This document shows, piece by piece, positions 27,143 through 36,575 of a stretch of DNA of 64,000 nt (the first letter of the stretch is position 1; every line of letters begins with the position of its first letter). A model generated the notes under the pieces. It was not told the origin of the DNA and searched no databases. It saw nothing but the letters and a program-made list of their open reading frames with translations. A program made the position numbers and the translations under genes. This DNA comes from an uncultured bacterium (GTDB taxonomy: Bacteria; Omnitrophota; Omnitrophia; Omnitrophales; Aquincolibacteriaceae), in the NCBI GenBank assembly GCA_964606385.1, contig CAZSFZ010000001.1, forward strand, positions 67,519 to 131,518, in the 5' to 3' direction.

Positions 27143-27623
27143 AATTGGGATGCGTGGTGATCTCTTTGACGTATTCAACGTATTGGATCTTGTCATCCGG
27201 CCCGACCACAAAGATCGCCCGAGACAGGAATTTCAGCTCTTTAATGAAAACGCCATAGGCATAGCCGAAGTTATGGTCCTGATAATCAGACAGCATCCGG
27301 ATCTTGTCGGTCTTCGCGAGCTTGCACCATCTCCCTTGAGCGAAGGGAAGGTCCATGCTGACGCCAAAGACCGCGATGCTTTCAGGAAGCTTGGAGGCTT
27401 CTTCATTGAAACGCCTCGTCTGCATGTCGCAAACCGGCGTATCGATCGAAGGCACCACGCTGATGAGCCTTGTTTTTCCTTTGGAATCGGCAAGTGTCAC
27501 CGGCTTCAAATTCGTATCGACCAGATGGAAATCCGGGGCTTTGTCCCCCGCCTTGAGTTCGGGCCCGACGAGGGTCAGCGGATTGCCTTGAAAGGTGACT
27601 GCATTCGTTCGTTCCTGCGACAT
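27105..27623 (-). CDS. tpx: thiol peroxidase (atypical 2-Cys peroxiredoxin)
   Basis: SIDTPVCDMQTRRF peroxidatic Cys context; 172 aa. Confidence 0.9.
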   Translation of the reverse strand: MSQERTNAVTFQGNPLTLVGPELKAGDKAPDFHLVDTNLKPVTLADSKGKTRLISVVPSIDTPVCDMQTRRFNEEASKLPESIAVFGVSMDLPFAQGRWCKLAKTDKIRMLSDYQDHNFGYAYGVFIKELKFLSRAIFVVGPDDKIQYVEYVKEITTHPNYEKVLEFLKTRV

Positions 27624-27640
27624 GGGATCCTCCTGAAATT

Positions 27641-28012
27641 TTAAGAACGTTTTTTGCGAGGCTTGGAATAACTGACGCTGATCACGGTATGAATACCGCC
27701 GCGGACATTGAAATCCGCGTCGATCTCCATCCGGCGGGGCTTCGTCGCGCGAACAAGGTCATCCAGGATCTCGTTCGTGACCTTCTCATGGAAAGCCCCT
27801 TCGTTACGGTAGCTCCAGAGGTAAAGCTTCAGGCTCTTGAGCTCCACGCAGAAGTCATCGGGGATATAACGGATGCGGATCTCCGCGAAATCCGGCTGCC
27901 CGGTCTTCGGACAAAGACAGGTGAACTCCGGACATTCGATATTAATGGTGTAATCGCGCCCCGGATAGGGGTTCTTAAAGATCTCGAGTTTTTTAGACGG
28001 CTGTGAAGGCAT
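27641..28012 (-). CDS. queF: NADPH-dependent 7-cyano-7-deazaguanine reductase (preQ1 synthase), unimodular type
   Basis: [18 protein letters not shown] catalytic Cys motif; start trimmed to the internal MPSQPSKK. Confidence 0.85.
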   Translation of the reverse strand: MPSQPSKKLEIFKNPYPGRDYTINIECPEFTCLCPKTGQPDFAEIRIRYIPDDFCVELKSLKLYLWSYRNEGAFHEKVTNEILDDLVRATKPRRMEIDADFNVRGGIHTVISVSYSKPRKKRS

Positions 28013-28028
28013 GGGTAAATTATACCAG

Positions 28029-28667
28029 TTATTTTGTGATGACGAAAATGGCGTTCTGGGCGAAAAGATTCGGAAGCACACGGACCGGGCCCTGGGCATC
28101 CACATAGTGGGAGCTCAGGACCTGATAGCCTTTGACCCGGCAAAAGGACCTAAAATCCTTGATCGAGAGGAAGCGGAGGTTCGGCGTGCTGTACCACTCA
28201 TAAGGAAGTGACGAAACGATCGGCGCCCTCCCCCCGAAAAACATCAGGATGCGGGCTTCCAGATGCGCGAAATTGGGAAATCCGATGATGACCTTCTTCC
28301 CCACGCGCAGCGCCTCCGAAATCACGGTCTCTACTTTCTTCGCTTCCTGCAAGGACTGGTTCAGGATCACATAATCGAAAGACTGGTCGGGATAATATGG
28401 AAGCCCGCTGTCGATATCGCTATGGAAAACACTCAGCCCTTTTTCGACGCAGGCGTGAATGGCATCGTTATTGAGCTCCACCCCCTGGGCCTTCACGCCG
28501 CGCTTCTCGACAAGAAGATGCAAAAGATCCCCGTTCCCGCACCCAAGGTCCAGCACCTTGGAGCCCGGTTCCACGATCCCGCAGATCACTTGGTGGTCCA
28601 GCCGTTTAATGGATTTCATAGATTGGAGATAGTATGCCCCTGGCATGTTTTTTTCAAGGAAAACCAC
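28029..28667 (-). CDS. metW: methionine biosynthesis protein MetW (SAM-methyltransferase-like)
   Basis: [15 protein letters not shown]-binding fold; immediately downstream of metX. Confidence 0.8.
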   Translation of the reverse strand: MVFLEKNMPGAYYLQSMKSIKRLDHQVICGIVEPGSKVLDLGCGNGDLLHLLVEKRGVKAQGVELNNDAIHACVEKGLSVFHSDIDSGLPYYPDQSFDYVILNQSLQEAKKVETVISEALRVGKKVIIGFPNFAHLEARILMFFGGRAPIVSSLPYEWYSTPNLRFLSIKDFRSFCRVKGYQVLSSHYVDAQGPVRVLPNLFAQNAIFVITK

Positions 28668-28685
28668 CCGGCAAGAAGGATGACC

Positions 28686-29801
28686 TTATTTCCTCTTGGC
28701 GAGGAAATGTTTGATAAGGTGGGACTGTTTTTCGGCTTCCGATTCGATCAGGAACGAATCATGGCCGTAGCCCGCATCGATCTCGCAATAGGTGGCATCG
28801 ATCTGGCGCATCTGGAGCTGGCGGACCATGTCCTGGGACTGGACGGACGGGTAGAGCCAGTCGGATTTGAAAGCGATCACAAGGAACCGGACGCCCGGAA
28901 GTCCTTTCGCCGGGATCCATTTCCCGTCCGAAAGATCGAAATAATCCATCGCCTTGGTGATGTAGAGGTACGTGTTCGCGTCAAAGCGCTTGGTGAAGCT
29001 CATCCCGCGATAACGGAGATACCCTTCGACCTCAAAATCCGCCGAAAATTTAAATCCCGTGTGGTCGTCCTTGAGTCGGCGTGAGAATTTCTTCTCCATG
29101 GATTCGTTGCTCATGTAAGTGATGTGGCCCACCATGCGCGCCACGGCCAACCCTTTTTCCGGCAACGCGCCGCCGTAATAATTCCCGCCGTTCCAGGCAG
29201 GATCCGCCATGATGGCCTGCCGGCCGACCTCATTGAAAGCGATCTGCTGGGGCGAATGTTTGAGCGTCGCGGCGATCGGGATCACACATTCCACGGCTTC
29301 CGGGAAACAGGCAGCCCACTGGAGCGCGAGCATCCCGCCCATGGAACCGCCGACCACGCCGTGAATTTTTTGGATCCCTAAATAATCGACCAGCACTTTT
29401 TGCGTGCGGACCATGTCCCCGATCGTGATGATCGGAAAATCCAGGGCGTAAGGCTTGCCGGTTTTCGGGTCCGTGGAAGACGGCCCCGTACTGCCTTTAC
29501 AGCCGCCGATCACATTGATACAAAGAATGAAATATTTGTCCGTATCGAGGGCCTTGCCCGGTCCAACCATAAAATCCCACCAGGGCGGATCCTGATCACC
29601 CGCCGCGGGACCCGCGACATGCGCGTTCCCCGAAAAGGCGTGCATCACAAGGATCGCGTTCGATTTATCAGCGTTAAGCTCCCCGTAAGTCTCGTAAGCG
29701 AGCGTGATGGGTCCGAACGCACGGCCGGACTCCAGCTTGAAGTCCCCGCTCTCCGCGAACGTGAAATATTTTGTCTCTGCCGTTCCGATGCTTTTTTTCA
29801 C
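28686..29801 (-). CDS. metX: homoserine O-acetyltransferase
   Basis: Alpha/beta hydrolase with GGSMGGM nucleophile elbow; MetX length and termini. Confidence 0.9.
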   Translation of the reverse strand: MKKSIGTAETKYFTFAESGDFKLESGRAFGPITLAYETYGELNADKSNAILVMHAFSGNAHVAGPAAGDQDPPWWDFMVGPGKALDTDKYFILCINVIGGCKGSTGPSSTDPKTGKPYALDFPIITIGDMVRTQKVLVDYLGIQKIHGVVGGSMGGMLALQWAACFPEAVECVIPIAATLKHSPQQIAFNEVGRQAIMADPAWNGGNYYGGALPEKGLAVARMVGHITYMSNESMEKKFSRRLKDDHTGFKFSADFEVEGYLRYRGMSFTKRFDANTYLYITKAMDYFDLSDGKWIPAKGLPGVRFLVIAFKSDWLYPSVQSQDMVRQLQMRQIDATYCEIDAGYGHDSFLIESEAEKQSHLIKHFLAKRK

Positions 29802-29838
29802 TCGATCTTTTCCCTCTTCAAAGATGCCGCGGATTATA

Positions 29839-31095
29839 TCACCGTTCCGCGAGCCGCTCCACGGCTTTCCCGAACGCCGCCAGCGTCTTTCGAAGTTCCC
29901 GCTTCAAGTGGGTGATGGATAGAAAATTCGCCTCAAAAGGCGATGGCGAAAAATAAATGCCTTGCTTGAGAAGCGCATGGAAAAATTTCCGGAATTTACG
30001 GACATCTTGCGCGCGCGCGTCCGCCGCATTCCAAACGGCTTTCGGAGTAAAAAATATCGAGAACATGGGGCCGAACGCGTTCAGCTGAACCGGTGTTTTT
30101 GCTTTTAGCGCGATCCGCGAAAGCTCCTCATAAAACTGTTGTGAATTTTCCCAAAGTCGCTGATAGACGCCCGGTCTGGCCAGTTGTTTTAATGCCGCGA
30201 TCCCCGCGGCCATGGAAAGTGGATTTCCAGAAAAAGTGCCGGCTTGATACACGGGGCCTTCGGGAGCAAGCAGCTTCATGATCTCTTTCTTCCCGCCGAA
30301 GGCACCGATCGGGAGCCCCCCGCCGATGATCTTTCCGAGCGTGGTAAGGTCCGGCGTCACTCCAAAATAATTTTGTGCGCCACCGTAGCAAAATCTGAAG
30401 CCTGTGATCACTTCATCAAAGATCAGCAGCGCGCCATGCCGGTCGCAAAGTTTCCGGAGGCCCGCGAGAAATCCTTTGCGCGGAAAGATCACGCCCATGT
30501 TCCCCGTTACGGGTTCTACGATCACCGCCGCGATCTTCTTACCTTCCTTGCGGAATATTCTTTCAACACGCGCCAGGTCGTTGTAAGGAAGGACACGCGT
30601 TGCAGAAATTAAGGCTCTGGGAACCCCGGCGCTTTCCGGGATCACGGAATCACCATGCCCATGGTAGCATCCATCGAATTGGATGATCTGGTCCCTTTTC
30701 GTAAAAGCCCGCGCGAGACGCAGAGCGCTCATGACCGCTTCGGTCCCGGAATTGGTAAAACGGATCCGCTCCATCGACGGGATCCCCTTCCGGATCCGCT
30801 CGGCAAGCTCGATCTCCGGGGCCGTGGCCGCGCCAAAACTTGTGCCGCATGAGATCGTTTTCTTCAAGGCTTGAACCACGGACTCCGGCGCATGCCCCAG
30901 GATCGCCGCGCCCCATGACAAACAGAAATCGAGGTGTCGCTTTCCATTCTCACCAAAAAGATAGGCCCCTTTTCCTTTTTTCATAAAAACCGGAATCCCG
31001 CCCACAGAGCGGAACGAACGAACCGGACTGTTGACCCCTCCCACAAGGATTTTTCGGGCCTTTTTGAATAACCTTATATTTTTCATGCAAGCCAC
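29839..31095 (-). CDS. hemL: glutamate-1-semialdehyde 2,1-aminomutase
   Basis: Class III aminotransferase; GGVNSPVRSF and PLP-Lys region. Confidence 0.9.
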   Translation of the reverse strand: MACMKNIRLFKKARKILVGGVNSPVRSFRSVGGIPVFMKKGKGAYLFGENGKRHLDFCLSWGAAILGHAPESVVQALKKTISCGTSFGAATAPEIELAERIRKGIPSMERIRFTNSGTEAVMSALRLARAFTKRDQIIQFDGCYHGHGDSVIPESAGVPRALISATRVLPYNDLARVERIFRKEGKKIAAVIVEPVTGNMGVIFPRKGFLAGLRKLCDRHGALLIFDEVITGFRFCYGGAQNYFGVTPDLTTLGKIIGGGLPIGAFGGKKEIMKLLAPEGPVYQAGTFSGNPLSMAAGIAALKQLARPGVYQRLWENSQQFYEELSRIALKAKTPVQLNAFGPMFSIFFTPKAVWNAADARAQDVRKFRKFFHALLKQGIYFSPSPFEANFLSITHLKRELRKTLAAFGKAVERLAER

Positions 31096-32003
31096 TCCGC
31101 GGCCTGTTTGGCGTAATAGGTCACGATCCGGTCCGCTCCAGCCCGGCGAATGGCCAGAAGCGTTTCAAGCACCACCGCTTTTTCGTCAAAGATTGCGGCG
31201 CCCGCGCCGCTTTTTAACATCCCGTATTCCCCGCTTACATGATAGGCCGCCACCGGAACTTTTGCTTTTTGTTTAAGCCGGACGATCATATCCAAGCACG
31301 GCAAAGCCGGTTTTACCATCAGGATATCTGCTCCGTATTTTTGATCCCGCAATGCAGAGGCAAGAGCTTTGTTCGTATCACTCGGATCCATCTGATAAGC
31401 ACGGCGATCCCCGAATTTCGGCGCGGAATCAAGAGCGTGACGAAAGGGGCCATAGAATGAAGAGGCGTATTTGATGGCATACGCCCAGACCTTTGTTTTT
31501 TTGTATCCCGCGCGATCCAACGCGTGCCGGACCGCCCGCACCTGACCTTGGGTCATGGCGGAAGGCGCCACAAAGTCCGCTCCCGCCTGCGCATGCGAGA
31601 CCGCGATTCGTCCAAGTATTTCGAGTGTCTTTTTACGGTCAATTGCTTTGTCTTTCAGAATGCCGCAATGACCGTGATCGGTGAACCCGCACAGACACAC
31701 GTCCGTGATGATCACGGCTTTTTTGCCGAACCTTTCCCGGATCGCCCGGACGGCGCTCTGGATCGCTCCTTCGCGGTCATAAGCATCCGAACCGGACCTG
31801 TTTTTAAACCGCGCGATCCCGAACAAAAGAACGGTCCGGCCCCCGAGACGGATCAATCCGGCCATGTCCTTGACGATCAGGTCGGAAGACATCCGGAAGA
31901 TCCCCGGCATTCCGGGAATTTTTGTTCTCCGGTTGTGCCCGGAAAGCGCAAAGTAAGGCTGGACCAGATCAGAAGGCCGGACCGTCACACCCTTATGCGG
32001 CAT
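31083..32003 (-). CDS. hemB: porphobilinogen synthase (delta-aminolevulinate dehydratase)
   Basis: Full-length ALAD similarity; start trimmed to MPHKG. Confidence 0.9.
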   Translation of the reverse strand: MPHKGVTVRPSDLVQPYFALSGHNRRTKIPGMPGIFRMSSDLIVKDMAGLIRLGGRTVLLFGIARFKNRSGSDAYDREGAIQSAVRAIRERFGKKAVIITDVCLCGFTDHGHCGILKDKAIDRKKTLEILGRIAVSHAQAGADFVAPSAMTQGQVRAVRHALDRAGYKKTKVWAYAIKYASSFYGPFRHALDSAPKFGDRRAYQMDPSDTNKALASALRDQKYGADILMVKPALPCLDMIVRLKQKAKVPVAAYHVSGEYGMLKSGAGAAIFDEKAVVLETLLAIRRAGADRIVTYYAKQAAEWLA

Positions 32004-33369
32004 GGCCAAGCACCTTGGATTCAACCCCGAACGCCCGGAGCTGCTCCTGCGTGACCGGTCCGATCGCAAAAACGGAAATACCGGCAGGGATCTTCCCGAA
32101 ATAATGAAAGAAATTCCGGACCGTGGACGGGCAGGTGAAAATGATCTCGTTAAACCCGGCCAGCGACTTGACGGCCGGCACCAGCTTGATATTGCGGTAG
32201 ACGGTCACGCAAGTCACTTCGGCGCCGCGCTTCCGGAGAGAAGCTGGGATCAGTTCGCTCGCGAGGCTTGACCTTGGGATGAGCACTTTTTTCCCGCGGA
32301 GATCGTATTTTTCGAGGAATTTCAGAACGCATCTCGAATCATATTCCTTGGGGTAACGGACTTTTTTAAAACCCCGCACTTTGAGTGCGTGCGAGGTCGC
32401 GGGCCCGATCGCCAGAATGTTCTTATGCCTCAGGGCCTTCAGGTCAGCGGGCCGTTTGATCCTGGAAATGAAATGGCTGACCGCGTGTTGGGACGTAAAA
32501 AGGACCCAGTCGTAGGCTTTGATCTGTTTTATTTCCCGGTCCATCGCCCCGGGGTTCCGGGCAGGGAGGATCTTCACAAGCGGGCAGTAGGTCACCTCGC
32601 CCCTTTCCCGGAATCTGTCCGCCTTGGTGCCCGTCACGAGTATTTTTTTTCGAATAAGCCGTTCACGGAGCCTCACAACTTCTCCCACCACAAAAACTGC
32701 CGGGGAAACGACCTTTGCTTCGCGCGCTTTCGAGACAATATCGCTCAAAATCCCGGTGATCACCCGCTCTTGTTCCGTGGCCCCGTTCTCGATCACGGCG
32801 CATGGCGTGGTCTTCTTACGTTTCCTGAGGAGCCGCGTGACGGTCTTATCAAGGTCGGTCACGCACATCAGATAAATCAGCGTGTCCGCGTCCGGTACGG
32901 GAATGGGATCGTTATCATCAGTCACGTGTCCGGAGACAAAAGCGGCGGTCATGGCAAGATGGCGTTGTGTGAGCGGGATCCCGGCAAGCGCGGGCACCGC
33001 AACCGCTGACGTTACTCCCGGAACAACTTCGACGTCAATTCCGTGTTCCCTCAAAAAAACGGCTTCTTCCCCGCCGCGGCCGAACACATAGGGGTCACCT
33101 CCCTTGAGCCTCACGACGGCTTTCCCTTTTCGAGCGTATTTCAAAAGCAGCGCATGGATCTTGTCTTGCGGTAACGCATGGTTCCCGGGCCTCTTCCCCG
33201 CATCGATCAACAAAGCATTGCTCTTTGTTTTTTGTAACAGCTTCTTCGGGATCAGGTTATCGTAAAGCACGACATCCGCTTCCCGGAGAAGCCGCAGTCC
33301 CTTGACCGTGATCAGATCGGGATCGCCGGGGCCGGCTCCGATCAGATAGACTTTTCCATGACTAGCCAT
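31993..33369 (-). CDS. cobA: bifunctional uroporphyrinogen-III C-methyltransferase / uroporphyrinogen-III synthase (CobA-HemD fusion)
   Basis: N-terminal GKVYLIGAGPGDPDLITVKG SUMT motif; C-terminal HemD-like domain; 458 aa. Confidence 0.85.
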   Translation of the reverse strand: MASHGKVYLIGAGPGDPDLITVKGLRLLREADVVLYDNLIPKKLLQKTKSNALLIDAGKRPGNHALPQDKIHALLLKYARKGKAVVRLKGGDPYVFGRGGEEAVFLREHGIDVEVVPGVTSAVAVPALAGIPLTQRHLAMTAAFVSGHVTDDNDPIPVPDADTLIYLMCVTDLDKTVTRLLRKRKKTTPCAVIENGATEQERVITGILSDIVSKAREAKVVSPAVFVVGEVVRLRERLIRKKILVTGTKADRFRERGEVTYCPLVKILPARNPGAMDREIKQIKAYDWVLFTSQHAVSHFISRIKRPADLKALRHKNILAIGPATSHALKVRGFKKVRYPKEYDSRCVLKFLEKYDLRGKKVLIPRSSLASELIPASLRKRGAEVTCVTVYRNIKLVPAVKSLAGFNEIIFTCPSTVRNFFHYFGKIPAGISVFAIGPVTQEQLRAFGVESKVLGHAA

Positions 33370-34039
33370 GAACAAGCTCCGCATGAAGTTTGGAAAAAAG
33401 TGTTTTTATCTCCTTATCGCCGGAACGCGCCGAGACGGCAAGCCTTCCCTGCAAAGGATGCGGCTGGAAAAACCGGGGGTCAAGTCTTTCACAAATAAGG
33501 TCTTCGAGGCCCAAACGCACCAAAGCCGCCGATGCGATCACGAGCGCGTCAAACCGGCCCTCGTCGTATTGGCGGAGACGCTCTCCGATCGTGCCGCGGA
33601 TATCGGCGATCCTCAGGTCCGGCCTCAAAGCGGCGACCTGTTCCTTCCGCCGGCGACTGCTGACGCCGACTTTCGAGCCGGCCGGCATATTCGAGAATGT
33701 AAAACCGTTCCGCGCCACCCAGGCGTCCGACGGATCGATCGACGCTGTCATCGCCACGATCTCCAGTCCTTCCGGAAGCATTTCGGGAAGATCTTTGGCG
33801 CTATGAACCGCGCAATCGATATGACCCGACAAAAGGGCTTCGTCGAGGCCCTTGGTGAAAAAATCACTGCCCTCGACTTCCGAGATCGGAGTTCGCTTGT
33901 CAATATCTCCGGGCGCATCGATCCCCACAACGGCATAAGGGAAATAGATTCCCTGCCTCGCCAACAGGTCCAGCACTTCGTCCACCTGCCTTAGCGCGAG
34001 AGGACTTTTTCTTGTTCCGATCCTGATAATTCTTTCCAA
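33362..34039 (-). CDS. hemC: hydroxymethylbilane synthase (porphobilinogen deaminase); short form, domains 1-2 only
   Basis: IRIGTRKSPLALRQ N-terminus aligns to HemC through about residue 225. ORF stops where domain 3 (cofactor-binding Cys) would begin; the next gene starts 3 nt later. Confidence 0.75.
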   Translation of the reverse strand: MERIIRIGTRKSPLALRQVDEVLDLLARQGIYFPYAVVGIDAPGDIDKRTPISEVEGSDFFTKGLDEALLSGHIDCAVHSAKDLPEMLPEGLEIVAMTASIDPSDAWVARNGFTFSNMPAGSKVGVSSRRRKEQVAALRPDLRIADIRGTIGERLRQYDEGRFDALVIASAALVRLGLEDLICERLDPRFFQPHPLQGRLAVSARSGDKEIKTLFSKLHAELVHG

Positions 34040-35025
34040 AGAACCTCACACTCCTTTCGAATATCGTGTTCCGCCGATTCCAGCCATTCATTTCCCGCCC
34101 CGCCCCCGGAAACGATCCCGAGGTCATCAAGATCAAAAAGCCGCACCCCTGGGACTTCCTTGATCGACGGTTCCGCGTCGCGCGGAACGGCCAAATCAAG
34201 GACTAGCACGGGCCGGGAGCGATGCCGGAAATGCTCACGCCGCAACACGGGATGGGGGCAGGACGTCGCGCTGATGATCACATCCGCCTCCGTAAGCAGC
34301 GCGGAAAGATCCTCCAGATAAGCCGCCTTTCCACTCGTTACAGCCGCCCATTCCGCGGCTTTCCCGTGATTCCGGTTCGAGATGATCACAGGGCGGATAC
34401 CTTCGCGGCCCAGCAACGAAATAAAAAGCTCAATCACCTTACCGGTTCCGATCAGAAGGATTCTGGGATCATGAAAAGACGGGCTATTCCTCCGGACCAA
34501 TTCCCAGGCGGCGTCAGCAAGCGTTCCTGAAAAGAATCCCCTGCCTGCCTCTTTGCGGATCTTTCCGGCCAAAGCGATCATGCGCGCGATAAGATGAGCA
34601 TTCCCCGGAGCGATCGCCCCGAATTCCGTGGCCGTTTCATAAGCCCGTTGTCCCTGCAAAAAGATCTGCCCTTCCCCCAGGATCTGAGAATCCAGCCCGC
34701 ACAGGACCCTGACAAAATGCCGGAATGCGTCTTTTTCCTGATACTGATAAATGAAAGGCTCGAAAAGATCTTCCGGAAGACCATGCAGCCGGCAAAAGAT
34801 TTTTTGAAGCGGCACGTCCTCATCCCCCCAGCCGTAGACCTCCGACCGGTTACAGGTCGAAAGAATCAGGAATGAAGTTCCCTCGTGGAAGTCCTTCAGG
34901 GAATGGTAGGCCTCACGAAGCCGCTTTTTGGAAAAGGAAAGCTTTTCGCGGATCTCCAAAGGACTGAACCGGAAGCTTGTCCCGACAACGGAAAAATTCA
35001 AGCGTTTGGTTCCTGGGAAAGGCAT
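33991..35025 (-). CDS. hemA: glutamyl-tRNA reductase
   Basis: FSVVGTSFRFSPLEIRE N-terminal motif, catalytic Cys (STCNRSEVY), NADPH domain; short C-terminus. Confidence 0.85.
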   Translation of the reverse strand: MPFPGTKRLNFSVVGTSFRFSPLEIREKLSFSKKRLREAYHSLKDFHEGTSFLILSTCNRSEVYGWGDEDVPLQKIFCRLHGLPEDLFEPFIYQYQEKDAFRHFVRVLCGLDSQILGEGQIFLQGQRAYETATEFGAIAPGNAHLIARMIALAGKIRKEAGRGFFSGTLADAAWELVRRNSPSFHDPRILLIGTGKVIELFISLLGREGIRPVIISNRNHGKAAEWAAVTSGKAAYLEDLSALLTEADVIISATSCPHPVLRREHFRHRSRPVLVLDLAVPRDAEPSIKEVPGVRLFDLDDLGIVSGGGAGNEWLESAEHDIRKECEVLWKELSGSEQEKVLSR

Positions 35026-36575
35026 GTTTCGAATAATCCTTTCAGATCTTCGTCTCCGTGCCGGCGGCAAAAATCATCAAAAAGTTCTTTTTCATTCCTT
35101 TGCTTTAAAAAGACGCGGATCATCTTTGCAAGCAAAGCGGGCACCTCTTCCGCGAGAATAAACTGGAAAACCGTCCTGCCCCACGCATCCGGTCCCCCGC
35201 CTACGGCCACATGAAAAGCGTCCCGACGGATCCCGTCGACTGTCTTTGAAACACCCATGAGTCCAATATCAGCGATCTGATACTGCCCGCACGAATTCGG
35301 GCATCCCGTCACATGGATCGTCAGTGTTTCCCGAAGCTCCGGAAAAGCGGCCGTTAACTGTTCGATCATTTTTTTTGAGAAAACTTTGACCTCCACAAGC
35401 GCCAGATTGCAGAATTCCCGGCCCGTGCAGACCACAAGCGAGCGATAGATCCCGTTCACCCCGAGATCGAAACCCCCGGCCGTTAATTCCTTTTTGAGCG
35501 GCTCAAGATCCTTTTCGGGAATATGGATCAGAAGGATATTCTGCCGGTTCGTGGTGCGGAACTCCCCACTGCCGTATTTTTCGCTGAGATCGGCCAACCG
35601 GAACAACTGTTCCGCCGTCAGCCGGCCCGCGAGCACCGCGATCCCCACAGCATAAAAGCCTTTTTGCTTCTGCGGGATGACGCCCCAAAAATGTTCCCGT
35701 TCATTCGAAACGACCGGGACATGAGAGGATCGTTCAAAAGTCCTCTTCGCTCGTTTTTCCATCTCTTGCAGGAACTTTTCCGGACCCCATGTTTCTACCA
35801 GGAATTTCATGCGGGCCTGGCGGCGGTTCTCACGGTTTCCAAGATCATGAAAGATCCCAAGCGCAGCCATCACGGCGGGAATGATCTCGTCACGTTTTAG
35901 GGCGATCGGTAAGGGCTGCGAGAACAAAGGATGGGAAGACAATCCCCCGCCCACGCGGATCGCGAAAGCCGGTGTTTTCTTTGCCACATCTTTCCAGAAA
36001 CCATAGATCCCGACATCGTTGATCTCGGGCTGCGCGGCATTACGGATACTTCCGGTGATCGAGATCTTGAATTTCCTCGGAAGATTCGCAAGATCCTGGT
36101 TCCGGATCAGATCCTGATGCAGGGCCTCGATAACATCCTGGAGGTCATCCACCTCATCTGTCTCCAGGCCCGCAAGCGGCGAGCTCGTGATGTTGCGCGT
36201 CACATCCCCGCAAGCCCCACGGGTCATGATGCCCACAGCCTCGAATTTCTCGAGCACTTCCGGGATCTTTTCGATCGTGAGCCAGTGGAACTGAAAATTC
36301 TGGCGGGTGGTAATGTCCGCGATCCCGCGTCCGTAGTCCCTCGCGACCTCCGCCACGGCGCGCAGTTGCGCTGCGTTGAGGCGCCCGCCCGGAAGTTTCA
36401 ATCGCAGCATGAAATAGGGATCGGTCTTGGGACGTTGCTGGTAGATGCCGAACCAGCGGAAACGCAGAAAATTCTCCGGCAGGATCGAGGCGAACCCTTC
36501 GCGCGACGCGCGGACAAGATCTTCCCACGCATCAAAAGGATGTTGATCCGCCTTGATCTGCTCTTCTTTGATCAT
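34998..36575 (-). CDS. assimilatory sulfite reductase, siroheme/[4Fe-4S] hemoprotein (ferredoxin-type Sir/CysI-like)
   Basis: Nitrite/sulfite reductase ferredoxin-like half-domains plus 4Fe-4S/siroheme Cys cluster (CTGREFC, TGCPNSCG). Confidence 0.85.
   Translation of the reverse strand: MIKEEQIKADQHPFDAWEDLVRASREGFASILPENFLRFRWFGIYQQRPKTDPYFMLRLKLPGGRLNAAQLRAVAEVARDYGRGIADITTRQNFQFHWLTIEKIPEVLEKFEAVGIMTRGACGDVTRNITSSPLAGLETDEVDDLQDVIEALHQDLIRNQDLANLPRKFKISITGSIRNAAQPEINDVGIYGFWKDVAKKTPAFAIRVGGGLSSHPLFSQPLPIALKRDEIIPAVMAALGIFHDLGNRENRRQARMKFLVETWGPEKFLQEMEKRAKRTFERSSHVPVVSNEREHFWGVIPQKQKGFYAVGIAVLAGRLTAEQLFRLADLSEKYGSGEFRTTNRQNILLIHIPEKDLEPLKKELTAGGFDLGVNGIYRSLVVCTGREFCNLALVEVKVFSKKMIEQLTAAFPELRETLTIHVTGCPNSCGQYQIADIGLMGVSKTVDGIRRDAFHVAVGGGPDAWGRTVFQFILAEEVPALLAKMIRVFLKQRNEKELFDDFCRRHGDEDLKGLFETCLSQEPNA

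Noticed and set aside
33362-33384. Possible frameshift joining hemC to the downstream ORF
   Set aside because: The downstream ORF begins with the canonical SUMT N-terminus (MASHGKVYLIGAGPGDP) in its own frame immediately after the hemC stop. Continuing HemC in another frame would have to overlap cobA by more than 250 nt, which is implausible. The truncation is reported as a finding instead.
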